From Hydrurus foetidus (Eukaryota): a stretch of 56,237 bases of DNA. The notes under the pieces are model-generated. The model was given only the letters and a program-made list of their open reading frames with translations, was not told the DNA's origin and ran no database searches. Location: positions 930,001-986,237 of the forward strand of contig UYFQ01000006.1 in assembly GCA_900617105.1 (NCBI GenBank), written 5' to 3'. Shown in pieces: positions 8,857-18,626 of the stretch. The first letter of the stretch is position 1. Each line of letters starts with the position of its first letter. Position numbers and translations under genes: made by a program.

Positions 8857-11303
8857 ACTGGCTAGCGCACTACAGCACGCTACTGGACGCCTTGCTGGAA
8901 GCCGCTTGTGTGGTGGATGGCAAAACCCTGCGCCTGGTTGCCGTTAATGCTGCTGCCGCGTCGCTGGTGGGCGAAGAGCGTCAGGCACTGCTGGGCCGCC
9001 TTGTTACAGAGTTAGCTATCACGCCTGAAGATTTGGTATTTTGGGATGAGGCTCAGGCGGCACAGGTGGATGCCCAGATCAGCGCTCCTACCGCGTTGCA
9101 CTCAGAAAGTTGGGTGTCCAAAGTTGACGGCAGCATGTTGACCGTAGAGCGCCGGGTGCAGCGTCTCCAAACTGATGACGGTCATGAACTCTACCTCTGG
9201 TCAATGCTTGACCACAGCGCCCGCTACAACAGCGAGGAGAAGTTGGAGCGCCTGCTGGCCGAAATGCGTGCCACGCTGGAGTCCACCGCTGACGGCATTT
9301 TGGTGACGGATTTGAAAGGCTCCATTCAAGCCTTTAACCGCCTGTTCAGCCAGCTTTGGCGTTTGCCGGCCAATTTGCTGACACAGCGCAATGATGCTGC
9401 TATCTACCACTCGATGCGTGCGCAGGTGGAGAACGTGCCAGGCTATGACCAACGCCTTCACCAAATCGACTCTGATGCACTGCTCGAAGACCGCGACACC
9501 ATCACGCTCGTCAATGGCCGCGTGCTGGAGCGCGTCACGCTGCCACAAATGGGGCGAGGTGTACCGATCGGGCGCGTTTTTTCGTTCCGTGACATCACTG
9601 AGCGCTTAGCCAGCGAAGCGCGGCTGCGCCTTGCGGCCAAGGTGTTCGAGTCCAGCATTGATGCGATTTTTGTGGCCGATGCCCAGCACCGCATCTTCAC
9701 CGCCAACAGTGCGTGCAGTCGCCTGATGGAACACCGTTCTGACGAATGGACGGGTGAGTTGTTGACCGATTTGCTGTTCGTTCCGGAAGACCCCGAGGCC
9801 CTGGCAGTGGTGTTGCAGGGTTTGCCTGTGAAAAACCGCTGGGAAGGTGAGCTGCACTACCGGCGCAGCGATGGCGGCATTACCCCGTTGTTTGTATCGT
9901 TGGTGCATTTGGCCGGTGAAAACGGCGGCCCCCTGCATTGCATTGGCCATGCACACGATCTTACTGAAACCTTGGCGGACAAAAAACGCATCCATGATTT
10001 AGCATTCCGTGACGCTTTGACCGGCCTGCCCAACCGCGTGGTGCTTAACGAGCGGGTAGATCAAGCCATCGCAGTGGCTGCACGCGAACACCATGGCTTT
10101 GCCGTTATGTTCATCGACCTCGACCGCTTCAAATACATCAACGACACCTTGGGTCACAGTTTTGGCGACATGGTGCTGGTGGAGGTTGCAAACCGTGTCA
10201 AAAAATGCCTGCGTCCTTACGACACGATGGCCCGCCTGGGTGGTGATGAATTCGTCGTCATCTTGCACAAGGCCGATGTCACCACCTGCGAGGTGGTGGG
10301 TGCGCGTATTTTGGAAGTGCTGGCCATACCCTTTGAGCGCGAAGACATGCGCTTCATCGTGACGTGCAGCATCGGCGTTGCGATGTACCCCGATGACGGT
10401 GCCACGATGAGTGATCTCATCAAAAACGCAGACGATGCCATGTACCGCGTCAAAGAACATGGTCGCGCCGCCATGCGCTTTTACCAGCGTCAGATGAACG
10501 TGGATTTGCTGGCCCGCATGAAAATCGACCACGCCATGCGGCAAGCACTGGTGCAAGGCGATTTCAGGTTGCACTACCAGCCCCAGGTTCACATAGCCAC
10601 CGGTGCCGTCATCGGTGCCGAGGCCTTGATCCGCTGGCGCGATGCTGAAATGGGCGAAATCTCACCCGGTCGCTTCATCCCTGTGGCTGAAGAAACCGGC
10701 TTCATCGTTGCCATCGGTGACTGGGTGCTGGTGGAGGCGGTGCGGCAAGCGGCTGTTTGGTACGCCCAGGGTCTGCGCATTCCCGTCTCGGTGAACGTGT
10801 CGGCACTCCAGTTTCAGCAAAAAGGCTTTGTCGACAAAGTCGCCCGTGTGGTGGCTGCAGCCGGGTTACCCAACGAGCTGCTGGAGCTGGAGCTGACCGA
10901 AAGCATTCTGATTGGCGATGGCGATGGGGTCTTTTTGCTGCTGCGTCAACTCGCTGACCTGGGCATCAAACTGGCGATTGACGATTTCGGCACCGGCTAT
11001 TCCAGCTTGGCCTACCTCAAGCGCTTTCCCATCCAGCGCCTCAAAATTGACCGCTCATTCATTGACCAACTGCCGGATGACGAAAGCGATGTGGCCATCA
11101 CACACGCCGTCATCAACTTGGGCCACGCGCTGTACCTCAAGGTGATCGCCGAGGGCGTGGAAACCGAAGCGCAACGCCAGTTTTTACAAGACGCTGGCTG
11201 TGATGAGTTTCAAGGCTATTTGCTGTCGCCCGCTTTGCCACCGCTGGAGTTTGAGCGCTTGGTAGCCAACATCACGCCTGCTGCCAACCCTCTGACAACG
11301 TAA
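8853..11303 (+). CDS. PAS-PAS-PAS-GGDEF-EAL c-di-GMP signalling protein
   Basis: DALTGLPNR, IDLDRFK, ARLGGDEF, GAEALIRW, IDDFGTGYSSL and AEGVET motifs; ATGA overlap with the HD-GYP gene. Confidence 0.93.
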   Translation: MNWLAHYSTLLDALLEAACVVDGKTLRLVAVNAAAASLVGEERQALLGRLVTELAITPEDLVFWDEAQAAQVDAQISAPTALHSESWVSKVDGSMLTVERRVQRLQTDDGHELYLWSMLDHSARYNSEEKLERLLAEMRATLESTADGILVTDLKGSIQAFNRLFSQLWRLPANLLTQRNDAAIYHSMRAQVENVPGYDQRLHQIDSDALLEDRDTITLVNGRVLERVTLPQMGRGVPIGRVFSFRDITERLASEARLRLAAKVFESSIDAIFVADAQHRIFTANSACSRLMEHRSDEWTGELLTDLLFVPEDPEALAVVLQGLPVKNRWEGELHYRRSDGGITPLFVSLVHLAGENGGPLHCIGHAHDLTETLADKKRIHDLAFRDALTGLPNRVVLNERVDQAIAVAAREHHGFAVMFIDLDRFKYINDTLGHSFGDMVLVEVANRVKKCLRPYDTMARLGGDEFVVILHKADVTTCEVVGARILEVLAIPFEREDMRFIVTCSIGVAMYPDDGATMSDLIKNADDAMYRVKEHGRAAMRFYQRQMNVDLLARMKIDHAMRQALVQGDFRLHYQPQVHIATGAVIGAEALIRWRDAEMGEISPGRFIPVAEETGFIVAIGDWVLVEAVRQAAVWYAQGLRIPVSVNVSALQFQQKGFVDKVARVVAAAGLPNELLELELTESILIGDGDGVFLLLRQLADLGIKLAIDDFGTGYSSLAYLKRFPIQRLKIDRSFIDQLPDDESDVAITHAVINLGHALYLKVIAEGVETEAQRQFLQDAGCDEFQGYLLSPALPPLEFERLVANITPAANPLTT

Positions 11304-12909
11304 AGCTGTCAGCCTGTGCGTGCTTCCACCACGTGTTGAAGACCGGGTGCAAGTGCGAAATATCGTCTTGCAGCAAAGCGTGGGATGCCACTTGCGGCAC
11401 CAAATTCGACAGCAGCCGCACCTCGTTTTCATTCACCCGCCGCACGATATGGTGGGGGCCAATGTCATCCGGATGGTCTAGACCGGCGGCTTGAATCAAT
11501 TCGCGCAGAGCTTCCAGCGTTTGCTGGTGAAACTGGTAGACCCGCTCGGCTTTGTCCGGCACCACCAGGGCTTGCTGGCGCACCGGGTCTTGGGTAGTGA
11601 CCCCGGTGGGGCATTGCCCGGTGTGGCAATGTTGAGCCTGAATACAGCCAAGCGCAAACATGAAGCCGCGTGCGCTGTTGCACCAATCAGCCCCCAGCGC
11701 CAGCATGCGCACCACGTCAAACGCACTGACCACCTTGCCTGCTGCACCCAGGCGTACTTTGTTGCGCATCCCAATGCCTTTGAGCGTGTTGTGTACCAGC
11801 AGCAGGCCTTCTTGCAGCGGCGCACCTACGTGATCGGTGAACTCCAGCGGGGCTGCACCGGTGCCCCCCTCGGCCCCGTCCACCACGATGAAATCGGGGG
11901 CCAAGCCGGTTTGCTGCATGGCTTTGGCAATCGCAAACCATTCCCAGGGGTGGCCCACGCAAAACTTGAAACCTGTGGGCTTGCCACCCGAGAGTTCACG
12001 CAGCCGGGCGATGAACTGCAGCAGCTCAATCGGCGTGCTGAATTCGCTGTGTGCGGCGGGTGACACGCAGTCCACACCTATCGGAACCCCCCGTGCCTCG
12101 GCAATTTCCGCCGTCACCTTGGGGCCGGGAAGCACGCCACCGTGGCCGGGTTTTGCGCCCTGGCTGAGCTTCAGCTCGATCATCTTGACCTGCGGGTCGC
12201 GGGCGTTGGCGGCGAATTTATCGGCATTGAAACTGCCATCCGGGTTGCGGCAACCAAAGTAGCCAGAGCCGATTTCCCAAATCAAATCGCCGCCATGGGT
12301 GCGGTGGTGAACCGAGATCGAGCCTTCACCCGTGTCATGCGCAAAACCACCTTTTTTAGCCCCCGCGTTCAACGACAAAATCGCGTTCGCCGACAAAGCT
12401 CCAAAGCTCATCGCCGAGATATTGAACACGCTGGCTTGGTACGGCTGCGCAGTGTCTGGCCCGATGGTGATGCGAAAGTTGTGTGAGGCAATCTTGCTGG
12501 GTGACATGGAATGGTTGATCCACTCGTAGCCATTTTTACCCACGTCCAGCTGGGTGCCAAACGGGCGTTTGTCGGAGTCTCCCTTGGCGCGGGCATACAC
12601 CAGCGAGCGCTGCGAGCGCGAAAACGGCGCGGCATCGGTGTCGTTTTCGATGAAATACTGGCGAATCTCAGGCCGAATGAACTCGAACAAAAACCGCAAA
12701 TGCCCAATCACCGGGTAGTTGCGCAGGATGGAGCGTTTGGTTTGCAGCAGGTCATAGACCCCCGTCACGCTGAGCGCCAATGCCACAGCGGCGAGCAATT
12801 GGCCTTGGCCCAGCGTCCACCAGGCCCAAAAACCGATCAGGGTACACAGCACGCTGGCAATCAACGCGGTGTAGCGGATGGGGTAGATCGAATTGAGGCG
12901 GTGCAGCAT
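11272..12909 (-). CDS. FMN-binding glutamate synthase family protein (YerD-like) with N-terminal TM helices
   Basis: SAMSFGALS, DTGEG, IELKLSQGAKPGHGG, DGAEGGTGAAP and C-x5-C-x4-C 3Fe-4S motif (CIQAQHCHTGQCP). ATG 12909 chosen. Confidence 0.88.
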   Translation of the reverse strand: MLHRLNSIYPIRYTALIASVLCTLIGFWAWWTLGQGQLLAAVALALSVTGVYDLLQTKRSILRNYPVIGHLRFLFEFIRPEIRQYFIENDTDAAPFSRSQRSLVYARAKGDSDKRPFGTQLDVGKNGYEWINHSMSPSKIASHNFRITIGPDTAQPYQASVFNISAMSFGALSANAILSLNAGAKKGGFAHDTGEGSISVHHRTHGGDLIWEIGSGYFGCRNPDGSFNADKFAANARDPQVKMIELKLSQGAKPGHGGVLPGPKVTAEIAEARGVPIGVDCVSPAAHSEFSTPIELLQFIARLRELSGGKPTGFKFCVGHPWEWFAIAKAMQQTGLAPDFIVVDGAEGGTGAAPLEFTDHVGAPLQEGLLLVHNTLKGIGMRNKVRLGAAGKVVSAFDVVRMLALGADWCNSARGFMFALGCIQAQHCHTGQCPTGVTTQDPVRQQALVVPDKAERVYQFHQQTLEALRELIQAAGLDHPDDIGPHHIVRRVNENEVRLLSNLVPQVASHALLQDDISHLHPVFNTWWKHAQADSFTLSEGWQQA

Positions 12910-12970
12910 GAGGGGGTACCAAGCGCGAGGCTTGCCGTGGTGGGGGTGTTTTGGGGTCAGCTCGCCGCCA

Positions 12971-13489
12971 TCATAGGGTCTGTACCGCTGCAACAGCCAT
13001 CGCTGGTGCTACGGCTTGCTCTGCCAACACCTCTTGCAAACTGACCTCCGCTTGCTCGCGTGCGTGGTCCCACATCAGCGGTGTCCACCCTATCATCAGC
13101 CCCATAAAACCATACGCTTGACGTGCCCAGCGCCAAAAATCGAAGTTGTCGCGCTGCAACAAAATCAGGCCATCGTCGTCAAAATAGAACTGCGAATACA
13201 CGCCGTTGTGAACCACCTTGCCGGTCGGGGTGTAGCGAAAAGTGGCTTCCCAGCGCACACTGCCGTGGTTGTTCAGCGTTTTGACCGTGTGGAATTCCAG
13301 CTCCCAGACATCGGCCTTGAACAACAAGGCCCACATGCCCATGATCTCGCGCTCACCGCTCAGGTTAAAGAGGGGGTCTTCAAACCGCACGCCGTGGGCG
13401 TAGCAGTTCAGCATGCCTTGGGTATCACGCGCAGCCAGCGCGGTGAAGAAGCGGTGCAGGGTCTGTGAGGTGAGGTGGTTGGCTTGCAT
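12971..13489 (-). CDS. SnoaL/NTF2-like protein
   Basis: F-DP-F, MW, W-A-F-Y-TGK-VHN and RDNFDFWRWARQA motifs typical of NTF2-fold proteins. Confidence 0.75.
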   Translation of the reverse strand: MQANHLTSQTLHRFFTALAARDTQGMLNCYAHGVRFEDPLFNLSGEREIMGMWALLFKADVWELEFHTVKTLNNHGSVRWEATFRYTPTGKVVHNGVYSQFYFDDDGLILLQRDNFDFWRWARQAYGFMGLMIGWTPLMWDHAREQAEVSLQEVLAEQAVAPAMAVAAVQTL

Positions 13490-13562
13490 GGGCGAGGGTG
13501 GGGTGCCGATCGCAGTGTACCCAGGCACCGCCTTTTTCACTTCGCCTCACGGCTAAACCCCT

Positions 13563-14687
13563 TCAAAAGACCACTACGTCGCGCAGCGCATGGCCGGTTG
13601 CGAGCCGGTCAAAACCGCTGTTGATCTGGTCTAGCGCAATTTGCTGGCCCATCAATCGGTTGATCGGCAGTTTGCCCCGCTGGTACATCTCGATGTAGCG
13701 GGGAATGTCGCGCACCGGTACGCTGGAGCCAATGTACGAACCCCGCAAGGTGCGCTCTTCGGCCACCAAAGACACCGGGGACAACTCAAACCTGTGGGCT
13801 GGGTTGGGCAAACCGGCGGTGATGGTGGAGCCACCGCGCCGGGTGATGCGGTAGGCCAACTCCAGCGCTTTCACGGAACCCGCCATCTCAAAGGCGCAGT
13901 CCACGCCGCCTTTTGTCAGTTCACGTACCTCGTCGGCTGCCGTCGCGTTGCTGGCATTGACGGTGGCGGTGGCCCCGAGTTCGCGGGCGAGTTTCAGTTT
14001 GTCGTCATTCAAGTCCAGCGCTACGACTTCACGTGCGCCCGATGCGACGGCGGCCAGCAAGGCCGTGAGGCCCACGCCCCCCAAGCCCAGCACCGCCACG
14101 CTGCTGCCCGCTTGGACACGCGCTGTGTTGATGACGGCACCCACGCCGGTCAACACAGCACAGCCGAACAAGGCGGCTTCGGCGTAGCTGATGTCCGCAT
14201 GGATCTTGACGCATGAGCGGCGGCTGACCACGGCGTATTCGGCAAAGCAAGACACCCCCGTGTGGTGGTTCAGCGGTGTGGCACCGATGCGCAAGCGGCG
14301 CTCACCGCTCAGCAGCGTGCCCGCTGTGTTGGCCACCACCCCCGGCTCGCACAGCGCAGGGCGACCTTCGGCGCAGGGTATGCAGCCGCCGCAGCTCGGT
14401 ACAAACACCAGCACCACGCGGTCACCAGGGGCCAAGTCGCGTACATCAGGGGCAACCGCCACCACTTCCCCCGCAGATTCGTGGCCCAAAACCATGGGGA
14501 CGGGGCGGGGTCGGTCGCCTGAAATCACCGATAAATCGGAGTGGCACAGCCCCGCCGCCCCAATGCGTACCAGCACCTCACCAGGGCCAGGGGGGTCAAG
14601 TTCCACCTCCTGCACGCGCAGTGGCCGACTTTGCGCGTAGGGCGCAGGTGCCCCAATGGTTTCTAAAACAGCAGCGCGAATTTTCAT
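13563..14687 (-). CDS. Zn-dependent alcohol dehydrogenase (MDR family)
   Basis: GLCHSD, GHESAG, structural Zn CGGCIPC-x7-C, FGCAVLTG and GLGGVG motifs. Confidence 0.92.
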   Translation of the reverse strand: MKIRAAVLETIGAPAPYAQSRPLRVQEVELDPPGPGEVLVRIGAAGLCHSDLSVISGDRPRPVPMVLGHESAGEVVAVAPDVRDLAPGDRVVLVFVPSCGGCIPCAEGRPALCEPGVVANTAGTLLSGERRLRIGATPLNHHTGVSCFAEYAVVSRRSCVKIHADISYAEAALFGCAVLTGVGAVINTARVQAGSSVAVLGLGGVGLTALLAAVASGAREVVALDLNDDKLKLARELGATATVNASNATAADEVRELTKGGVDCAFEMAGSVKALELAYRITRRGGSTITAGLPNPAHRFELSPVSLVAEERTLRGSYIGSSVPVRDIPRYIEMYQRGKLPINRLMGQQIALDQINSGFDRLATGHALRDVVVF

Positions 14688-14699
14688 GGTGTCATTGCC

Positions 14700-16148
14700 T
14701 CAATGCCCGTGGTACTGAACGACTGTCTTCACCACGCAAAACTCTTCCAGCGCGAGAAAGCCTTTTTCACGGCCATGCCCGCTGTGCTTTACCCCGCCAA
14801 AGGGCAACTCGACGCCACCCCCCGCGCCGTAGCAGTTCAGGTAAACCTGACCGCACTGCATCTGTTTGGCCATGCGGATTTGGCGCGCGCCGTCTCGCGT
14901 CCAGATGCCTGCCAACAGACCAAAATCAGTCGCATTGGCAAGCTTGATGGCATCTGCCTCGTCCTCGAAAGGAATGATGGACAGCACCGGGCCAAAGACT
15001 TCGTCGCAGGCCAGCTCATGGTCGCGTGGCACAGGGCCAAAGACCGTGGGGGCCACATAGAACCCACCCGCTGACACCCCCGAAGCCCCATCCGTCACGA
15101 TTTGGCCTTGCGCCAAAATGGGCAGGCCGCTCGCCACAGCGCGTGCGATAAACCCGTCCACGCGCTCTTTTTGGGCTGCATTGATGAGGGGGCCGCAATC
15201 TAAGTCCATCGCCTGCGTGCCGACGAGCGATTGCACAAAGCGCTTTTGCACGCGCGCAACAAATGCCTCGTAAATGGACGCTTGCACCAGCAGGCGGCTG
15301 CCCGCTGAGCAAGTTTGGCCTGCGTTCTGGGTGATGGCCTTCAAAATCGTGGCTTCGGCGCGGTCAAGGTCGGCATCTTCAAAAACGATCTGCGGTGATT
15401 TGCCACCCAACTCCAGCACGCATTTGATCAACCTGTCGCCAGCCGCCCGCTGTACCAAGCGGCCTACCTCTGGGGAGCCTGTGAACGTGACGAAGTTGAT
15501 GCCAGGGTGCGCCGTCAGTGCGGCCCCGGCTTCTTCGCCCAGCCCCGTCACCACATTGAGCGCCCCGGCGGGCATCCCTGCTTCTTGTGCAATACGGCAA
15601 AACGCAAGCGGTGTCAGGCACGCATCCTCAGACGGTTTCAGCACCACCGCATTGCCCATGGCCAACGCGGGCACCACCGATCTGCCAAACATTTGCGCCG
15701 GGTAGTTCCACGGCAGGATGTGGGCGGTGACCCCATACGGCTCGTGCAACACCACCACATGGTAGTCATTGAGGTAGGGGATTTGCTGGCCGTGCAGCTT
15801 GTCTGCGGCACCCCCGTAAAACTCGCAGTAACGCGCGGCCACGGTGATGTCATTGCGTGCTTGCGTCAGCGGCTTGCCCGTGTCGCGGGCTTCCAATTGC
15901 GCCAGCTCTTCGTGGCGTGACAAGATGAGCTGAGACATCTTGCTCAAGATGCGCCCTCGCTCTGTGGCGGTGAGTTGACCCCAGTCACCGGTCAGTGCGG
16001 TGCGTGCCGCCGTCACGGCGTGGTCAATGTCCAGCGCATTGCCTCGCGCCAAGTGGTCGAAGGTCTCGCCAGTGGCCGGGTCGATGACGGGGAGCGTTTT
16101 ACCGTTGGCAGCGGCGACCCAATGGCCGCCAATGAAGTGTTGTTGCAT
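14700..16148 (-). CDS. NAD-dependent aldehyde dehydrogenase
   Basis: PWNYP, KPSE, FTGS, LELGGKSP, NAGQTCSA, EVFGPV and PFGGVKHSG motifs. Confidence 0.93.
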   Translation of the reverse strand: MQQHFIGGHWVAAANGKTLPVIDPATGETFDHLARGNALDIDHAVTAARTALTGDWGQLTATERGRILSKMSQLILSRHEELAQLEARDTGKPLTQARNDITVAARYCEFYGGAADKLHGQQIPYLNDYHVVVLHEPYGVTAHILPWNYPAQMFGRSVVPALAMGNAVVLKPSEDACLTPLAFCRIAQEAGMPAGALNVVTGLGEEAGAALTAHPGINFVTFTGSPEVGRLVQRAAGDRLIKCVLELGGKSPQIVFEDADLDRAEATILKAITQNAGQTCSAGSRLLVQASIYEAFVARVQKRFVQSLVGTQAMDLDCGPLINAAQKERVDGFIARAVASGLPILAQGQIVTDGASGVSAGGFYVAPTVFGPVPRDHELACDEVFGPVLSIIPFEDEADAIKLANATDFGLLAGIWTRDGARQIRMAKQMQCGQVYLNCYGAGGGVELPFGGVKHSGHGREKGFLALEEFCVVKTVVQYHGH

Positions 16149-16235
16149 GGCCGGTTTACCGTTTTTGAGTGCCAGATGACGGTTGAATGTCCTCCGGGCG
16201 GCTAACAATGAGAAAAGGGGGTGTTTTTAGGTGTG

Positions 16236-16302
16236 AAATCATGCTGTATCCCTTATAAATACTGAGAGAACAGCTATCAATTAATACTATCAATTGAGGA
16301 GC
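16236..16302. repeat. Intergenic copy of the dispersed element with a partly duplicated core
   Basis: AAATC...ATACTGAGAGAACAGCTATCAATTAATACTATCAATTGAGGAGC. CTATCAATT occurs at 16274 and 16287. The tail resembles the mod copy (ATACTG...ACAGCT). Confidence 0.65.
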
Positions 16303-16312
16303 GATATAGCCC

Positions 16313-17062
16313 TCAGACCGTGCGGCCTCCATCGACGGGGAATTCGACACCGGTGATGAATTCAGCCTCGTCGCTGGCGAGGTAGAGCGCGGCTCTGGCA
16401 ATGTCCAAGGGGCGGGACAAGCGCCCCAGGGGAATGCCCGCGATAAAGCGTGCGCGGTTTTCTGGCGTATCGGGCACGCCCATGAAGTCGCCCAGCATGC
16501 CGGTTTCACCCATGACGGGGCAAATCACATTGACGCGAATGCCGTCTGGCCCTAGCTCCACGGCCAGCGATTTAGAGAGCAAATTGACTGCTGCTTTCGA
16601 GCTGTTGTACCAAGTCAGCCCAGGCCGGGGGCGTATGCCAGCGGTGGAACCGATGTTCAATATCACACCACTGCCCCGCTGGCGCATGTGCGGCACCACC
16701 GCGTGAACCATGTGGAAGATGGATTTGACGTTGATGGCGAACACCTTGTCAAACAGCGCTTCGTCCACGTTCAACAGCGGCTGGTTGCGGTGGGTGAACC
16801 CGGCGTTGTTGACGACGATATCGGGCACACCGAATTCAGTGATGCAGGCGGTGACCAAGCGATCAATGTCCGCACGCTGCGACACATCGGCATGGATGGC
16901 CAGCGCGGCAGAGCCAATTTCGGCGGCGACCGATTTGACCCCTGCCAAGTTCAGGTCAGCCACCACCACCATTGCCCCCTCTTTGGCAAAAAGGCGGGCG
17001 GTTTCAGCCCCAAAGCCACTGGCGGCACCCGTGATGATGGCAATTTTTTTGTGAAGTCGCAT
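16313..17062 (-). CDS. Classical SDR oxidoreductase (FabG-like)
   Basis: TGAASGFG, NNAG, YNSSK and VDGG motifs. Confidence 0.9.
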   Translation of the reverse strand: MRLHKKIAIITGAASGFGAETARLFAKEGAMVVVADLNLAGVKSVAAEIGSAALAIHADVSQRADIDRLVTACITEFGVPDIVVNNAGFTHRNQPLLNVDEALFDKVFAINVKSIFHMVHAVVPHMRQRGSGVILNIGSTAGIRPRPGLTWYNSSKAAVNLLSKSLAVELGPDGIRVNVICPVMGETGMLGDFMGVPDTPENRARFIAGIPLGRLSRPLDIARAALYLASDEAEFITGVEFPVDGGRTV

Positions 17063-17132
17063 AGCGCGTCCTTGTGAAGTGGGTATGGTTTTGTCGGGCA
17101 TTGAGCGACGCTGAGCTGTGAGGGCGTGCGGC

Positions 17133-18626
17133 TCAATGGATGGAGGCGTACATGATGTCTTGCTCGGTCACGCCCGTGTTGGCGAACTCTTCGACAATCT
17201 TGCCTTGGCGTGACACCAAAATACGGTCGGCCAACGCCATCACTTCAGGCAGGTAGGACGAGATCACCACCACGGCTTTTCCGGCATCGGCCAGCTGTTT
17301 GATGAGCTGGTGAATTTCCGCAATGGCACCTACATCCACCCCGCGTGTGGGTTCGTCAAAAATAATCAAATCGGGCTGCTGTATTAACGATTTGGCAATC
17401 ACCACTTTTTGCTGGTTGCCACCCGACAGCTCGATCACCTTGGCATCTTTGTTCACAGCCTTGACGTTGAGCTTTTGAATCCATTCCTGCCCTACCTTGT
17501 CGGCTTCGCTGGCACTGACCAAAGTGCGCCGCCAGCCCAGCTTGGCCAGCAGCCCCATGTAGATGTTGCGCGAGATGGACATGGTCTCGAAAAAGCCTTC
17601 CACCTTGCGGTCTTCGGTGATGTAGACAATGCCTGCCGCAATCGCTTGCTCTGGCACGCGAAAGCGCACCGGTTGGTCATTGAAAAGCACCCGTCCACCG
17701 TGAAAATAGTCCCGCTTCAGCACCCCGGCCACCACTTTGAATGTTTCCGTGCGGCCTGAGCCGACCAGCCCAAACACCCCGGTGATTTGGCCTGCGAACA
17801 CCGAGAGCGAGTTGTTGCGCACCATCGCCCCCACGCGCAGGTTTTGCACACTCAGCACGCGCCGCCCGGCCGGCCGGGGGGCTGCACGGTGGCCGCCGTA
17901 CAACTCTTCCGACAGTTGCCGCCCCACCATGGATTGCACGATGCGGTCGCGGTTGAAATTGGCGGTGGCATCGGTCAGCACCTTTTTGCCATCCCGCAGC
18001 ACGGTGATGCGGTCAGAGATGGCCAGCGCTTCCTCCAAGGCGTGCGAGATGAAAATCACCGAGACACCCCGGTGCTTTAAATCGGCCACCAAGCCAAAGA
18101 AATGCTGTTTCTCCTCGGGGGTCAGCGTGGCCGTGGGTTCGTCGAACACGATGATGCGGGCTTTGTGCAGCACCGCACGGGCGATTTCCACCATCTGCTT
18201 TTTAGCGGCACCCAAACTGCCCACCATCTGGGTCGGGTCAACATCAAAGTTCAGCGATTGCATGAACTGCTGCGCCGAGATGTAGACCCCACGCAGCCGG
18301 TTGATGAACTTTTCTTGCCCTAAAAACAGGTTTTGGGCCACCGTCATCGTGGGCACCAAGCTGGTTTCTTGGAACACCATCGCGATGCCCATCGCCAAAG
18401 CGTCCAGCGGTGTGCGCAAATGCACTGCTTTGCCTTCGATCAGCATCTCTCCGCTGCTTAAAGAAACCACACCGGCCATCACCTTGGTCAGCGTGGATTT
18501 ACCGGCACCGTTTTCCCCCAGCAGGGCATGGATTTCGCCCGGCATCAGTGTGAAATCCACCGCGTTGATGGCGGGTACACCGGCGTAGGTTTTGGTGGCT
18601 TGTCGCAGCTCCAGAATCGGTGTCAT
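17133..18626 (-). CDS. CUT2 (RbsA-type) sugar ABC transporter ATP-binding protein
   Basis: GENGAGKST, FDEPT, second domain LSGGNQQKV and DEPTRGVDVGA. Confidence 0.93.
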   Translation of the reverse strand: MTPILELRQATKTYAGVPAINAVDFTLMPGEIHALLGENGAGKSTLTKVMAGVVSLSSGEMLIEGKAVHLRTPLDALAMGIAMVFQETSLVPTMTVAQNLFLGQEKFINRLRGVYISAQQFMQSLNFDVDPTQMVGSLGAAKKQMVEIARAVLHKARIIVFDEPTATLTPEEKQHFFGLVADLKHRGVSVIFISHALEEALAISDRITVLRDGKKVLTDATANFNRDRIVQSMVGRQLSEELYGGHRAAPRPAGRRVLSVQNLRVGAMVRNNSLSVFAGQITGVFGLVGSGRTETFKVVAGVLKRDYFHGGRVLFNDQPVRFRVPEQAIAAGIVYITEDRKVEGFFETMSISRNIYMGLLAKLGWRRTLVSASEADKVGQEWIQKLNVKAVNKDAKVIELSGGNQQKVVIAKSLIQQPDLIIFDEPTRGVDVGAIAEIHQLIKQLADAGKAVVVISSYLPEVMALADRILVSRQGKIVEEFANTGVTEQDIMYASIH

